58,011 bases of DNA from Girardia tigrina (lineage: Eukaryota): positions 1-58,011 of the forward strand of contig MQRK01226581.1 of the NCBI GenBank assembly GCA_001938485.1. Direction: 5' to 3'. Positions 12,801-26,841 of this stretch are shown piece after piece. The translations under genes and the position numbers were made by a program. Below the pieces are notes generated by a model. That model saw only the letters and a list, made by a program, of their open reading frames with translations, made no database searches and was not told where the DNA came from. Position 1 is the stretch's first letter. Every line of letters begins with the position of its first letter.

Positions 12801-12877
12801 GGGTTGTGGTTGACCCTTAACAATCACTGGGGGCTCATGAGCTTTTAAAAATGTTTGCACTCGAGAGGGTCGTGACA
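9855..12877. mobile_element. Element A: 3.0-kb solo-LTR-like element with 4-bp TSD
   Basis: Starts TGTTACGGTCC and ends GGGTCGTGACA (imperfect 11-bp inverted ends); flanked by GCCC at 9851-9854 and 12878-12881; no coding capacity; homologous to 18365-21021 and 52110-54910. Confidence 0.85.
9950..11450 (-). ncRNA. Predicted multi-exon non-coding transcript in element A
   Basis: Minus-strand GT-AG introns at 10037-10065, 10175-10230, 10348-10401, 10519-10569 and 10692-10757. Exons 10402-10518 (117 nt), 10231-10347 (117 nt) and 10066-10174 (109 nt) are paralogous repeats. Structure is conserved in element B. Confidence 0.65.
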
Positions 12878-15800
12878 GCCCAATGCACAAACAAAAATTG
12901 TTGTTACTTAAAAATAAATACTTACAAATAGAAAAAACTTGAATTACACCTAAAAATTTTATTACAATAAATTTTATTTTTAAAAATTAAAAATCTTCTT
13001 TTCTGACTCCGAACATCTTGAAAATATGCACAAAAATACTTTTCACATCTATTTTATGATTCAAAAATAATTTCAAATTAGGCCATTCTAATTTAGATTT
13101 TGGAATATTAAAATAAAACGAAAAATTTTAAATTTAATGATTATACGATTTTTAAACCATGTTTTAATTATTGTACATCTCATGATCTGATTAACCATCC
13201 AGAACAAAGAACAAATAATAAAGAAATATAGATTTTTGAATATTTAAACAAAATGAAAATTTATAATCATTATTTATAACTTTTTTTTCTATATAAATCT
13301 TATCTTTTTTCTATATAAATATTTATAAATATTGAGGGTGTAATAAAAAAATGTGAGTTACCGTTACAAATTTACTTTTTGTCCTAATCGTTTGATAATA
13401 ATTATCGATAGTTAAAGTTTTAGGAAATTGTGGATCTCATCCTGTAGCACCATCAATATATGTAGAGAAGTGAGTATACCATTATAAGTTTCTTCACCAG
13501 GAAAAGTTGCTGTAAATATACTTAACACTCATCGTACATCATCTGAAACACAAATTCCTAGGCAGCTAACGGTTTTAATTTTAACCTGATTTCAATGTCA
13601 GTCTCAAACATATTTTTAACCCAACACTTCCAATTTTTCTCACGAGGCTCTTTCTTTTTTTAAACATGGGAAATTCAAATGTGGTAAAAATGTCGTTGAA
13701 AATAAATTCTTCAGATTTCTTACTTTTTTAATTTTTAAATTGTAATCGAATTAAATCGAGCGGACCAGAGCTGCCGCCGCATTATTCAGCGACAACCCAC
13801 TTGGACGCATCGAGTGGACCACCGAGCAATGCGACGCCGCCAACAGAACCAACACACTTCGGCAAGCCGTTGTGGAACGTTTGCAGCGCCGACACGCGCC
13901 CGCGTATCGACCGTTGGACACTGGAACAGACCGATCATGTCCACCAGCGACAATTTCCCGCACAATTAAGAGGTGCTGGTTGCCGCTACTCGGTTCGGCA
14001 GTACTACATAATTTACCACAACATAATCTTACTTTCGTGATATTTTCTTATAGTTCTTTTCATTAAATGTTCACGATTTCTTACCTGCTTTTCCAAACAT
14101 TTATTTGATGTTAAAGTAGTTGCAATGGATTTCTAAAATAAATATTTTATTTATAGATTTTTAAAAAAAATTTTTAATTAATTCATAATTCTTTTGTAAA
14201 GAAAAAAAATTATCGATTATTTTGATATAAAAACAATTTTTTTAACATTTCCAAAGTTGCATTGGATTAAAAATATCAATGACATAAATACCCCTTTGAG
14301 AAAAGTGATGATTATCTCTTGTGCATTGTATGTTTTCGATTGAAGATATTGCTCGAACACGAACTCAAATTGTGGTTGTACACAACATACCATAATAACT
14401 TAATCAATATATTGTAATTTTATCATATGGATCAAAAATAACCGCTACCACCTTTGTTAGCTTCTTTTGTTTTATGAAACAAATATTTTTTTAAACTAAA
14501 ACATTAAAATATGTTTTAAAGTAAACGCAAATATTTTCAGGTGAAACTAAGTTAAACATCAAACGTAAAACGAATTATAATTATAAATGGTAAAATTACA
14601 ATTTACAAAATAATAATTTCTAGAAATATCTTACAGCGCAAATAAAGATTTTTTTTGAAAAATTCTCTACAACAAATTTTATATTTTGAGACATTAAAAA
14701 TTACGATTAAGGAATCGTAAATAAACTATTGTATAAATCATATGTAATTATTCAAACCGTAAAGGGCTTTAATCCGTCTTCTCAGGCAAATGTTAAAGTT
14801 TCAAATAATTTAATCAATCAGTTGATTTAAAAGTCACCAAACATGTTCCATCTCGATTGAATTCAAAAAGAAGAATCTTTATTTCACCACAGATCAAATT
14901 ACTACAACATTCAAGATTTTATCACTGATAATCAATAGATCGACAAGTCTTCGAAAATTCGATCCGACGCTGCATCAAATCATTTTATATAATTCTTCAA
15001 ATAATATGTACCGATCCCAGATTGATCGCAAATGGAAATTTCTGGGTATTTTGAAAAATAGAATGACATTAAAAAAATTTGACTTTAAAAAACAGTTTTG
15101 TCACGTAGACAATTCAAAAACTCGTACCCTGCTCAATTGATGCAATAAAACAAACTTATTTTTAATTTAAAATTTACAATTATTCCCCTTCTGGAACAAT
15201 TATTATATTCGATTAAGAATAAATGAACCTTTAGCGAGGTTGTGCAGAGTGAGTGGTATGTTGCTACTGAACATCTTTTATTATGATCTGTATATTTTAA
15301 GTATTGAAATATCATTTTAACTATGAAATGCCTATTTCTTGTATCTAGGACTGGGTCAACTTGCTTAAACAATTAAGTCATTGCGGTCATTAGTTTTACT
15401 TAATTATTTTTCATAATTAAAATAACAAATAAATAATGTACAATAATTTGGGTACAAAGAAGAATTTGTATCACAGGATAGGGGGAAGTTAAATCAAGAG
15501 TTGTGAAAATCAGCCTCAAGGTCACCGATTGGATCAGGGCGTTCATGTGCTCGGTTGTCGATGCCGGATTCTGTAAAGCGAGGGGGAGAGGATTCTCAGT
15601 GGTACTAAAATCTTACTGGTTAGGGATGGTGTTCGTATAATAATACAATGGCCATCATTATGCCCGTCAGCGGCACTTTTGATATTGAAAACATCAAATT
15701 TAAATGCGGCGCAAATTTTATTGATTTAAATAATCGATAATCGAATGGTGTTTCCTTATTGAGTGATCCATGAAATCGCTAATAGCGGCTCATACGCGAT

Positions 15801-18054
15801 TGCTTGATTTCACTGTGTGGAATGTGCCGTGCTTGTGTATGTTATCCTGAAGTACTTTGTGGTGAATGTGCAGTGATTATTGGATGTGTGTTCTGCGCAA
15901 CAACTACATTTAGAAAAACAATCGTATCCATTTACGCGAATAGGATGTCGCTATCCCACTTCTGACAACTATATGGTGCTAGCCCCGTGATCCGGCTGTA
16001 GGGGCCAGCACATGTTTTTCGTTCGCGAAGCATCCGCCGGTTCAATGTCGACTGACCCTCGATCGGATCCGACTGGCACCGATTGGCGTCCGACGGATAA
16101 TGACCATCGGTCATAGTCGTCGCGGCTTCCAGAAACACGGACTCATATTCGTGGCCGACAGGAAACTTCAAGGCAGTTTGCGATCGACCAAGCTCGTAGA
16201 CTTTCAACCCTAAAGCGCGACTGGGGCGGCTGCATGTGTGTGCCGGACACCACCGAAATATGTGATGAGGTGGCGTTGGTAGACCGATCGATTGAGGCCG
16301 CTGTCATACAGTGTAGTTCGAATTATAACCCATCAAAATTTATAACCCTAAATTATAACTAAACAAAAATAGAATCGAATCGTCACATTTATTTCAGTAA
16401 ATTACAAAATTGTTCCACCTTACTCAAAATTTTTCAAACAAAATGTAATAAAATAATAAATTTTTATTTATAATTGTTTTTTTTTAATTTTCGAGCACCA
16501 CAAGCGTTTAGTAACTATAAATTAATAAATTTTAATACCAGGTCTACTTTCATCATTTAATTCTAATACTGACATTGATAATAACTGTGGTAAAATATTG
16601 GGTTAAATTTTATTTATAGTTACTAATAGATAATAGTTATTAAATTAATAATAAAGATTTTGTAAAATAAGGAAAATATAAACTTGAAAAGGAGTATTAA
16701 ACAATTAGGAGTACTAATCTCAAAAGTCTTTAAAGAGCCGTTCCTCTAAGGTGTTGTCCGTAAAAAAAACTGAATATGTTTTTCAGAAACTGTAATTTTT
16801 GTTTCATGCATTTAAAATTATTCTATTACGATTTTTTTATTATTTGACCCTTAATGATTATATACACTGACTTCCATAATTGTATACTTTTTCGATTTTT
16901 TACTAAATCGTGAATTACTTAGGGAGTATAAATCGGTTCATAACTTTTAGATGTTTGCCTGAAAGATAATTTTAAGCTGTACAAGATGATATGTACATAA
17001 AAAGTTTAACTATTAATAAAAAATTCTTCTGTTTGAAATCTGGCGTTTCTTAATATACTCAGAACAAAAAATAAATAAATAATTACAGTAATATATAAAT
17101 ATTGTTACATTCAATACCTAAAAAAATTAGTCTCCAAAGATAATTGAGATATATAATGTTAAGTGCATTAAAATTTTTTACTAATTTATAATTTAATTTA
17201 TTTTTTATATTCTTGTTCCATTCGATCTCTAAGCCGCCGAAAGATCGAACGGTGCTACCAGAGTCGCAATGATGCATTTTTGCTCGTGCATTTCATAATC
17301 GTAATCGTACTATACCCATTTTAGTGTTCATTATAATTTTTTTTCAGTCCAAAACAGAAAGCAAAGTCGTTTTTATATTTAATTTTTTCAAATTCGTCAA
17401 AAAATCGCTTTCACAGAATTGGAAATTTAAAAAATTAAGACTCGTTCACAATGTAATTCCATGAAATACTCAAAAAAATTCGTCTCAAATTTTTGTTGAA
17501 CAAATATTCGTTATTTTGTTTTCAATAAAATCGTTTTAACAGTCAAATTAATTCGTCTATGTGGTGACTCTCATTTGATCAAAATATTCGTTTACAACTT
17601 TGAATCGTAACTCGATAAACATTCAATCAAGATTAGCAAATCGTTTTAATTGTAACTCAACAAAATTTTACGCAGCAAAAGAAACAAATCGATGTCGATC
17701 GGTAATTTTATAATCGTTTTCAAATTAGAGACTCGAAAAAATTAAATTCAAAATTGTCTTTTGAATAAATTTGTCAAAATAGCAAATAATCAGCTTTTGA
17801 ATGTAGTCGATTGAATGGCTTTAGAATTTTTTTGATGTTTCTTACTGTTCAAATGTTTATTGATTGTTGATTGACGTTCGTTACACAATTAATACTACAG
17901 TAGCAAAGCTCACAGTAAAACCATTCGTCCCCTTTTTCGCTTCGCTTGATGCATTTGTTATTCAAATACTCTTCTTTAAACCTGCAGTTTCGCTTAGACA
18001 ATCTAAAAAGTAACATTTTAAATTTATAAATTGGTAAAATTGAGTATAAAGTTT

Positions 18055-18364
18055 AAACAAGAGCAATACAAAGACTACTACAATAAAACTGCAAAAGATC
18101 ACACCTTTAAAATTGGAGATATCGTACGAATGTTTACTCCTGAATCAAAAAAAAGGCAGAAGTCCCAAACTGAACAGGCTATATAAAGGACCATATGAAG
18201 TAATAAAAGCTTCGGGAAAAAATTTACAGCTAGTGAATATAAAGAATAAAAATAAAGATCTAATCATTGTTCATGTCAATAGATGTAAGTTAGCAGAAAA
18301 CAATAAATACGATAATAAAAGATATAACCTTCGATCAAACATGAAATATCCAATAGAAACTAAT
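18055..18364 (+). mobile_element. Ty3/Gypsy integrase C-terminal (GPY/F) remnant, frameshifted and interrupted by element C
   Basis: QEQYKDYYNK...FKIGDIV / SPKLNRLYKGPYEVIK...VHVNRCK...RYNLRS. The frame resumes at 21026-21079 (IDEETLSPYLIGYQALF*) once element C and one TSD are removed. Confidence 0.85.
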
Positions 18365-21021
18365 TGTTACGACCACGATTTGAAGGAAACCCTCCTTCAC
18401 AACCCCCATCCTGTACGCCCGAGATCATTGGAGAAAGTTTTGAGGACAGTCTAACTCGACTGTCTTCGGTTAAGTTTAAATTGATCCCGAGCTTCTTGGG
18501 ACGAAGGGTCGTTCGGGGGGTTCCCTGATTCCGACTGGGGGTTCCTTGCGGTCCTCCGGGGCTCCTTTGAGGCCTTCTAAAAAAACAAAAAATTAGTGAT
18601 TTTAATTAATTAATTAATTAAAATCTTACTTGAAGAATNNNNNNNNNATAGTGGGTGGCCGACCTACAATGAGAAAGTAAAGATAAGATAAGATAAAAAA
18701 GATAAAAGAATTCTTACCCATAAACATGCCAGGAAGGTGCATCCTGGCGTCCTCGCTTTCTGACAGGTATTCGCTTTAAAAAACTATGTGAAAGTGCACT
18801 CTGGCGCCTTCTTGTGTATTAGGTGCAAATCAAAGGTATAAATACCAATGATTTCCAGCACGCAACTTTACCTTTTTTATTATTCTCACAAGACGATAAA
18901 AATTTATTCGTAAGAATTATTTCTTTATTTTATTATTTTATTCATTGTATTAATGATTTTATTATTTTTATTACTGTTTGATTATGTCATTATTTTATTG
19001 TAGAAATGATTATTGTCATCATAATTTTTATTTAAAAATAAATTTTATCATTTTACTATTTTATCTTTTCCTAACAAAAAGGGTAATGGAATTAAATATT
19101 TAATTAGTTAACTATCAAAAAAAAAATTTTTTTTTAATGTTTTAAAATTATTCATTTTCCTTTAGAAGTACTGATTGACTAAATTTTATTTCAAATATTT
19201 GTATTTGTTTCTACGAAAGTTATTCTCTAAATTTTTAAATAAGCGTAGAAATTATCACAAATTTATAAATTCTAATAAAATATTAATACTATTCACTCTT
19301 TCATTTTGCAAAAATAATAATCAAATTTTTGCTTTTTATTATTAAATAATTTACTTAAAAAAAATTAATTATACGAATTGGAATTTACTCGTTATACAAT
19401 TTACTTTCATTTATTTTTTTGTAAAAATTTAAATAACTATATTTAAGAATCACTGATATCCTCTGGAACATCGAGTTTCGAAAACCATTGTATTTTACAT
19501 TCTAGTAAAAATAATTAGTAAAATAAATTTATACAACATTAAACTATTGGGAGAAATTTCGTAAAAGAAATAATTGGTGGTAGTTTCCTATTAAGTCTCC
19601 TATGTCAAAAGTTACCGCAACACAAAAACTTGGTCCTTCGGAATTATAAAAAGGGGTCCGTTAAAATCCACAATCTTTTAAAAGTTGTTCTCTTTGCATT
19701 TATAGAGTGTAGTACATTAAATATAATACATTGATCGCTTGAAAAGAGTACTATTTGGGGAGCTATTTATTAAATCGTAATAGTGTTCCCTATTTAATGG
19801 AAACTTTTCATTTAATACTGGAATTCGAGTGTCACATTTTGGAATGCAATTTTCTTTCACTTCTAACGCCCCCCATATTGTTAATTTCCAAAAATTACAG
19901 TTTAAAATTAAACTGGACGAAAATAAATATCTTTTTTTTTATAAAAGAAAAGGAAAAGCAATTCACTAAGGAGAAAAAGGTTTTTTTTAAATAATGAATG
20001 TTAATTACTCGCGTTTGAGTCAGACAATTGTTGAAAGAAATCAGAAATTAAAAAATGTTCTATCACTTTAGAGCCTTTTATTCAATGAACTTTGTCCTGT
20101 CAATCAATAACAATATCCTTTAAAGTATGGATCATACAATAATCAGTCGAAGCGATAGTATAATCACCAACAAATTGAACTGGTATTGATTTCATAAGTA
20201 TAAACTGAGCTAATTTATTTAAAGTTTTACTGCCACAATCGGACTGTTGATTTATAATATATAATGAATTAATTTAAAATTATTTAAGGAGTGTATACGT
20301 TGAGTAGTTGTGATAAACGAGACGTACTTTTATCTTCGATGTCTAACTCTATAACATAGTTAATTATTCTCTTCAAGTTAAATTTTGTCTATTTCGTTCC
20401 AAAATACATTTACAAAAGTTTNNNNNNNNNNNNNNNNNNNNNNNNNNNNNNNNNNNNNNNNNNNNNNNNNNNNNNNNNNNNNNNNNNNNNNNNNNNNNNN
20501 NNNNNNNNNNNNNNNNNNNNNNNNNNNNNNNNNNNNNNNNNNNNNNNNNNNNNNNNNNNNNNNNNNNNNNNNNNNNNNNNNNNNNNNNNNNNNNNNNNNN
20601 NNNNNNNNNNNNNNNNNNNNNNNNNNNNNNNNNNNNNNNNNNNNNNNNNNNNNNNNGGGTCTAGAGAGACGGTGCAGGCGGCCCATAGCATGCACAGGGG
20701 CACGTGGGCTGACCGTCACTTGTGGCTCTAGGGTGCCTTTGTCTGATGAAGAAAAATAAATGAATTTCAAATAAGCATAAATAAAGTTCGCATCTACCCC
20801 TCCAGAAACTCAGCTACCAGTCGGGTCACCCTCGGTACTGGTCAAGAACCCGAAGGCGCTCCAATGTGCACACAACTTGTTGATGTGGACAAAGGAGGCG
20901 CGTTGGCTCCCCAAGCTTAAATTGAAATGGATTGAGTTGGTAACAGAGTTGCCGTTTAACTCTAAAAGTGGATGGGGGCTCTGAGCTTTCAAAAATGTTA
21001 TCTATAAAGAGGAGCACAACA
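18365..21021. mobile_element. Element C: ~2.7-kb solo-LTR-like element with 4-bp TSD, relative of element A
   Basis: TGTTACGACC...GGAGCACAACA flanked by TAAT (18361-18364, 21022-21025). Right end shares GGGGGCTC-TGAGCTTT.AAAAATGTT, AACCCGAAGGC and AGGAGGCG with the right end of A. Minus-strand GT-AG introns at 18577-18629, 18664-18717 and 20743-20797. Confidence 0.8.
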
Positions 21022-23962
21022 TAATATAGACGAAGAAACACTATCACCATACTTAATAGGCTATCAAGCATTATTTTAACAAAAAAATTGAGGGAATTGA
21101 CAATTATATCGCTCATGAGTAAAGTCCAATAAATTTTGATAGAAACAAATTCTCATTTGTTGATTATTTGTTATTGATTATTATACTCAAACTAAGTTAG
21201 CTTCATTACAAATAAAAAGACAACGATAATTATGTTGTTGATGTTAATGAATTATAAAAAAATGACAGAACTACTGTAGAAATTGCTCAAGAAACACTTC
21301 CTTCAAAACATAAAATTGTAAGTGCATCGTTTAGATATTGAAAAAGCATCGACACTGCATAATTATAACAAATTAAAAATACCATTTTTTGCTGTCCAAT
21401 TCATCACCAATTTCCGTCTGGATTTCTCTGATCGTGATCGTCGACTTCTAGAGTTGCGCCAATAGACTGGCCTGACTTGCAATCCGCTGAAACACATCGT
21501 CCAATTCATCACCAATCCCCAATCACAAATTTTGGCCCTGAAGAGGGCCGTATGTCTTTCACAATTAAAAATTTATTTTATTTTCCAATTTTAATAAAAT
21601 TATTAATTCATTCTGAAACTCCATTAATAAAATTAGTTTTGATATTTATTTATATTGTCCAACATCTTTAAATTCGTCCAGACAAATAATTTAACAAATA
21701 ATTTGAAAATTATTAATATATACGCATAGTTTAATAAAATAACGTTTTTCTTATCCGCTTTTGAACAGTATACTGACAAAATATGTATTAAAAATGTTTT
21801 CATTCAGAGGGAAAAGAGCCGCTCATTTTCACAAATCTAAAAACAAATCACACCTTTTTATTTACTATTTCTTTTCACAAAATTCAAAACAATATTACTA
21901 CTCGCATTCTTCTCAATACGAATGGAGATATAAACTTTATAGATCATAACCCATGGAAAATCGATAATACGTCGCAATTTAAAGTATATAGAACACCCGG
22001 CGACTTTATTTATCAAATAATTCTGGAAACGTGGAAAATTTATATCCATGGACGAAATTTATCTCAGACGAAATTCTCCAAAATCCAAGCTCCAAACAAC
22101 TGCTCCATTAATTATTATTTATGAACAAATAAATTAATCACATGTAATCCCAAGATTTATCGTTACTAAAAAAATAATTAAGGTTAAGAATTTCAAATAA
22201 ATCAACAAAATAATCACTCTTAAATCAGCAAAGTCACGACTATATATACAAAATAATTCCAATTTTAAATTAGAAAAGTCATGACCTTCATTCAATAATA
22301 ATTATTGCAAGGTTAAGAATTTAAAATCAGTTGAAAAAATAATCAATAATAAATCGTAGTATGGATAGAATAATAATAATTTTTTAACTTATTAAATATG
22401 TTTATATTTTTATAACAATGATTATAACAAGCAAGCGAAACAAAATAATTCAGTGAATTGTCATTCAAATCTGAATCTTGAAAATGAGACAGGAAAATTC
22501 TGTTCAAATCAAATATAATTTCTTCAGTACTTGAAATGAGTGTTCCGTCCGATCCTCGATTTGCCACGAAAACCGGATGGTAGTAGCAGAAATTTTATCT
22601 TGTTAAGATTTTTTATTCAAAATGATCCCTTAAAAATTTTTTTCAAGAGTAAACTATTATTTATTCAGCAAAACTGAGTTCTCTTATTAAGCAAAAAAAG
22701 GCAATGAGTTTCAAATAAAAATCGAGAAATTGAAATTGACAAGCAATCGAAAAATCAAGAAATCAAATTGGAAATTAACATTGTTCTATTGAGGCAAAAT
22801 ATTTTTTTATTTACGCGATGTTGATTACTCTCATGGTTTTGGTTAACCAATCAGAGTGAGTTTATATTCTTAATATCTCACCACTTGATCTTTCTCGATA
22901 CAAATTCGGTACAAGCATGCTCTGACAATTAATTTGGTTCGTTATAGCTCTCTAAAATTAAATCAAATTCTTTGCATTTGTCTTGATTTTTTTTACTGAT
23001 AGGATAATTTTTCTTAAAAAGCATGATGTTTTTGGGGAGTAGTGAAACAATGGATGGTGAAAACACGAGATGATACTGTCTTCATGTATTCAAGAAAATC
23101 TCGGTAGTGGTCAACCATGATGAAGTTCATTGGATCGAGGTGCTCGTGTGGAGAGTCAGGTGAAAAAGAGTAGCCAACCNNNNNNNNNNNNNNNNNNNNN
23201 NNNNNNNNNNNNNNNNNNNGGGTCTTTTCAGATTGGCACCATCGTTCGTCGCCAACTGCGGAGCGATGGAAATTACTCGAACGATGAGCAGCATGCTGGA
23301 TCCCCTCACACAAGGTTCGCTGTGTCGGCGGGGTAAAGTGTGCCAATAGTGCACCGCTTCATACGTGGCGGTATTAAGTAAGGCCGCATTGATTTAGCCC
23401 GCCGTCGAATATTGTGGTTCGGCTGACTCCACATTTTGATTATAAAATTGTTACTCGTTTATTTCAGTCACAAGATTTATTTATTAATTCCAATTGTTTG
23501 AATTATTATTACTTCTATTATTATTTAAACGAGGTCATTGTGTTTTTAATTTTACAACTGTTTTTTAAATCATTTAAATTTTTGGATACCACACATGACA
23601 AACTCAAAAGGATCAAATTGTGAAAATGATCACGAATGGAAGGTAGATATTCTTAAAGACGTCTTTAATTTACTACAAATTGAGTTAAGTGATGTACCAG
23701 TTATAATGTTTTTAACAAATACCATCTTCATGAATGGTTTCATCATCGTCGTAATAGCAGACATTCAGAAATAGTTTCAAATTCAAATTAATAATTCACA
23801 AAACAAAAATTTCTCTTCATTTAAAAAAACTCTTTATTTTCTTTCTATCATAAATCCTAAATTGCAATTGATTCATTTTAAAGAAACACAAAACGAATAA
23901 ATAATTTTAGGTGTCTAAATTTTTAGTCTAGAAAAATTATAATAAAATATTTTTATGCTAAT

Positions 23963-24161
23963 TCGGATAAGGGGTAGATAAGCAAAAGTTAGTATGCAAC
24001 GTAAAAAACTAATCCTAATTCGGAACTCTTTGTATGTAGTTTACAGCACAAAAACAATGTGTATATTATGTTTCCAAATATTATCATATTTGATTTTCTA
24101 TTTCCTCTTAGGAAGTTTTTAACGTTGCATACTAACTTTTGCTTATGTACCCCTTATCCGA
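23963..24161. mobile_element. 199-bp MITE with ~50-bp terminal inverted repeats
   Basis: TCGGATAAGGGGTAGATAAGCAAAAGTTAGTATGCAACGT...ACGTTGCATACTAACTTTTGCTTATGTACCCCTTATCCGA; no clear TSD. Confidence 0.8.
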
Positions 24162-26841
24162 TCGACAATAACGTTAAAGTGTATACAAACATGTTAGTTG
24201 TACTAATTTTTGTTTCGCTAGATGTCAGAGCCGCTTTTAATGACCTGAACAACAGTAGACCAGTCTGTCTCGAGAATATTTATAACTATTTGAAAGATAA
24301 CTATATTTTTCACTTGAGACGCAATCATAGTGTTCAACGGATTTTTCATATCACTATATAGAAATACGTTTAGTCTATATTATAGACTATGCGAGAACGT
24401 ATTTCTGAAGGCTTGTCTCAAGCTTATAACTCAGTTGAAATTTGGTAAAATGCTTTTTATTTATCGGCTTTGCACTGACAAACTTCTTGGCATTTTTCTT
24501 TTGATATAGTCATTGCATCCACATTTATATTTTTGATGCAGATGTCGTTGATTATATTATTACGCCTTTCTTCAGAGTTATCGGCAGCTGTTTTCAATTC
24601 ATCCACAATTGTAAATTTATGCCGGTATAAAACTTGCACGAGAGAATCAATATTAGTTTTGGCAGTAGAAATAGAACAATTTGTATAACAATTGTTATTG
24701 GAATAGATGGATAATAATTGTAATTCTCATCCTATTCTTTATATCATAATAAATCAATTCTGTTGTGGACAAAACTTGATGTATCACAAAGTATGATTTG
24801 TGAAATATTCTATAGGTTGCCATTCCGTACTCATCAATCGTATTCACTATCAATGGAATTTGACATTATTTTTTCCCTTCTCTACCAACACTAAATTACT
24901 TAGATTTTAACTTTGCTTTAAAATTTCTCGGTTGATATTTAATAATTTTATTTTTAATTAATATTTGTTTAATATTCAAATTATTTATATTTTTTACACC
25001 TTTCACAAAATCCAAACAGTGATCACCCCCATCAACCACACACTGCATTACCCTGAAAACCAACAAAATACATACAAAATTGAAATACACGAATCAGAAA
25101 GTGTTATTGAACTAACATTCGGTTTTGTCAGAGTCCTTTTTTGTAAGCAACTTTGATCTCACTGAGACATCCTGCCCTTTGTCACCGACTCGAATCAATG
25201 CGCCTCGTCTCAAGATTGGACCATATTTCTCGATATTGTTATTATGTTGAATGTACTTTTTGATCAATTTTGACATTTCTGTACGATCTTGGTTCGATTT
25301 GATTGCAGCAGTATTTTTAAAATTAATTGATAGGACACGGCCCTTCAATTTAAAAAAAATATCAGTTTAATCATATCCATGACCAGTGCATGGTTAGTTA
25401 TGCTTTTGTTCTTGATCAACTTGATATTGATGGAACACGGTCCCTTGATTTAGAACTTTTGGGGACATGGCCCCTTGATATGAATTATTGAATTATATGA
25501 AAAAAAAAGAATATGAAAATATTGAATTATTTTATTGAAAGTATCTCTTTAAGGTGATAGTATGTTAATGAGAGAAATGTTTGAAATGATTTTGTTATTT
25601 TCTCTCATTATTATGTATACTTCTACATGCAAATGTGGAATATTGTGCTGTTGATGAAATTCTATTTGGAATCAATTTAAATGTTTTGTTCCGATTTTAA
25701 AGAAAAATTTTAATCAACAGACAACAATTTATCAATATGCACGATTCTGAAATGTATTTGAAATTTTTTTATACATTTAGTAAATATAAAATATTGTGCG
25801 CAGAATGCCCGACTTGGCCAGTAAAATAGTATCGGAAACCGTGCCTACACTATTTGATCGACTTTCACAAAAATTTTTTGAATTACAGATACTCGATGCA
25901 TTTTAACGTTATTTAAATTGTAGAAATTTTTTCGAAACCAGAAATCCTTCTCGATCGTGTGAGAAAGGATATACGAAAGTGTTCGCGTCATTTGCTGCGT
26001 TCATAATAATTTTATTTTCAATGATAATAAAAATTCCAACAACGAGTATATCAACTCCACAATTTTTTATTTTTAACACATTTTTTCTTTTGAATTGAAC
26101 TCACAAAAAACCCGATCGTTTTCATAATTATTTTATTTTTTTACAACCATTTTGATTTCTCTTTTGTACACATTATTTGATTGACACACATTTGATTGAA
26201 AACATAAATATTTTCCATCATGTTCTGAGATTGATATCTGAAGGTACATTTCTTGAATGTCCGACACTAATGCTATGGAATATTTCCTAAATTTTAATAA
26301 AACTTCTAAGAGGTCGTTCTGTAAAAAAGAATTTAAAAGAATTGGAATATAAATTAAAGCTGATTATTACCAACTTTTTACTTTGACACATGCACGCAAT
26401 GGTAATCATACACACATATCGATTAGTTAGGTGATTATTATTCAAATTATTCATCATTTTTTACATCAGCTTTAGATTTATTTAAAGTTAATTTCAATAA
26501 TGAAATTCAAAATATATTCCGAGTGTATTCATGGGTGATTCAGGCTTTGACTCCTTCCAAGATAACTCTTCAACAAATTAATGAACTTACAGAAAAATTT
26601 CAAATCTCTTGAAGAATGCGCTGATAAAATTATAGAATTGTTCAAACAATCGAGATGCAGAAAGAAATGCAGCTCAACCCAAAACATCAAAACATTACAT
26701 CACAAAACCATATGAATGTGATGGTTTAATTTAATTGCGATATTCTTTAATAAATAATTTAATAAATAATATTCTTTTGCGATTATAATAAATAATTTAT
26801 TTAATTATTTATTTTAATTTAATTAATTTACTTATTTAATA

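Noticed and set aside
24400-25480. Protein-like minus-strand ORFs (24457-24639, 25112-25348)
   Set aside because: No recognisable domain or consistent splice structure.
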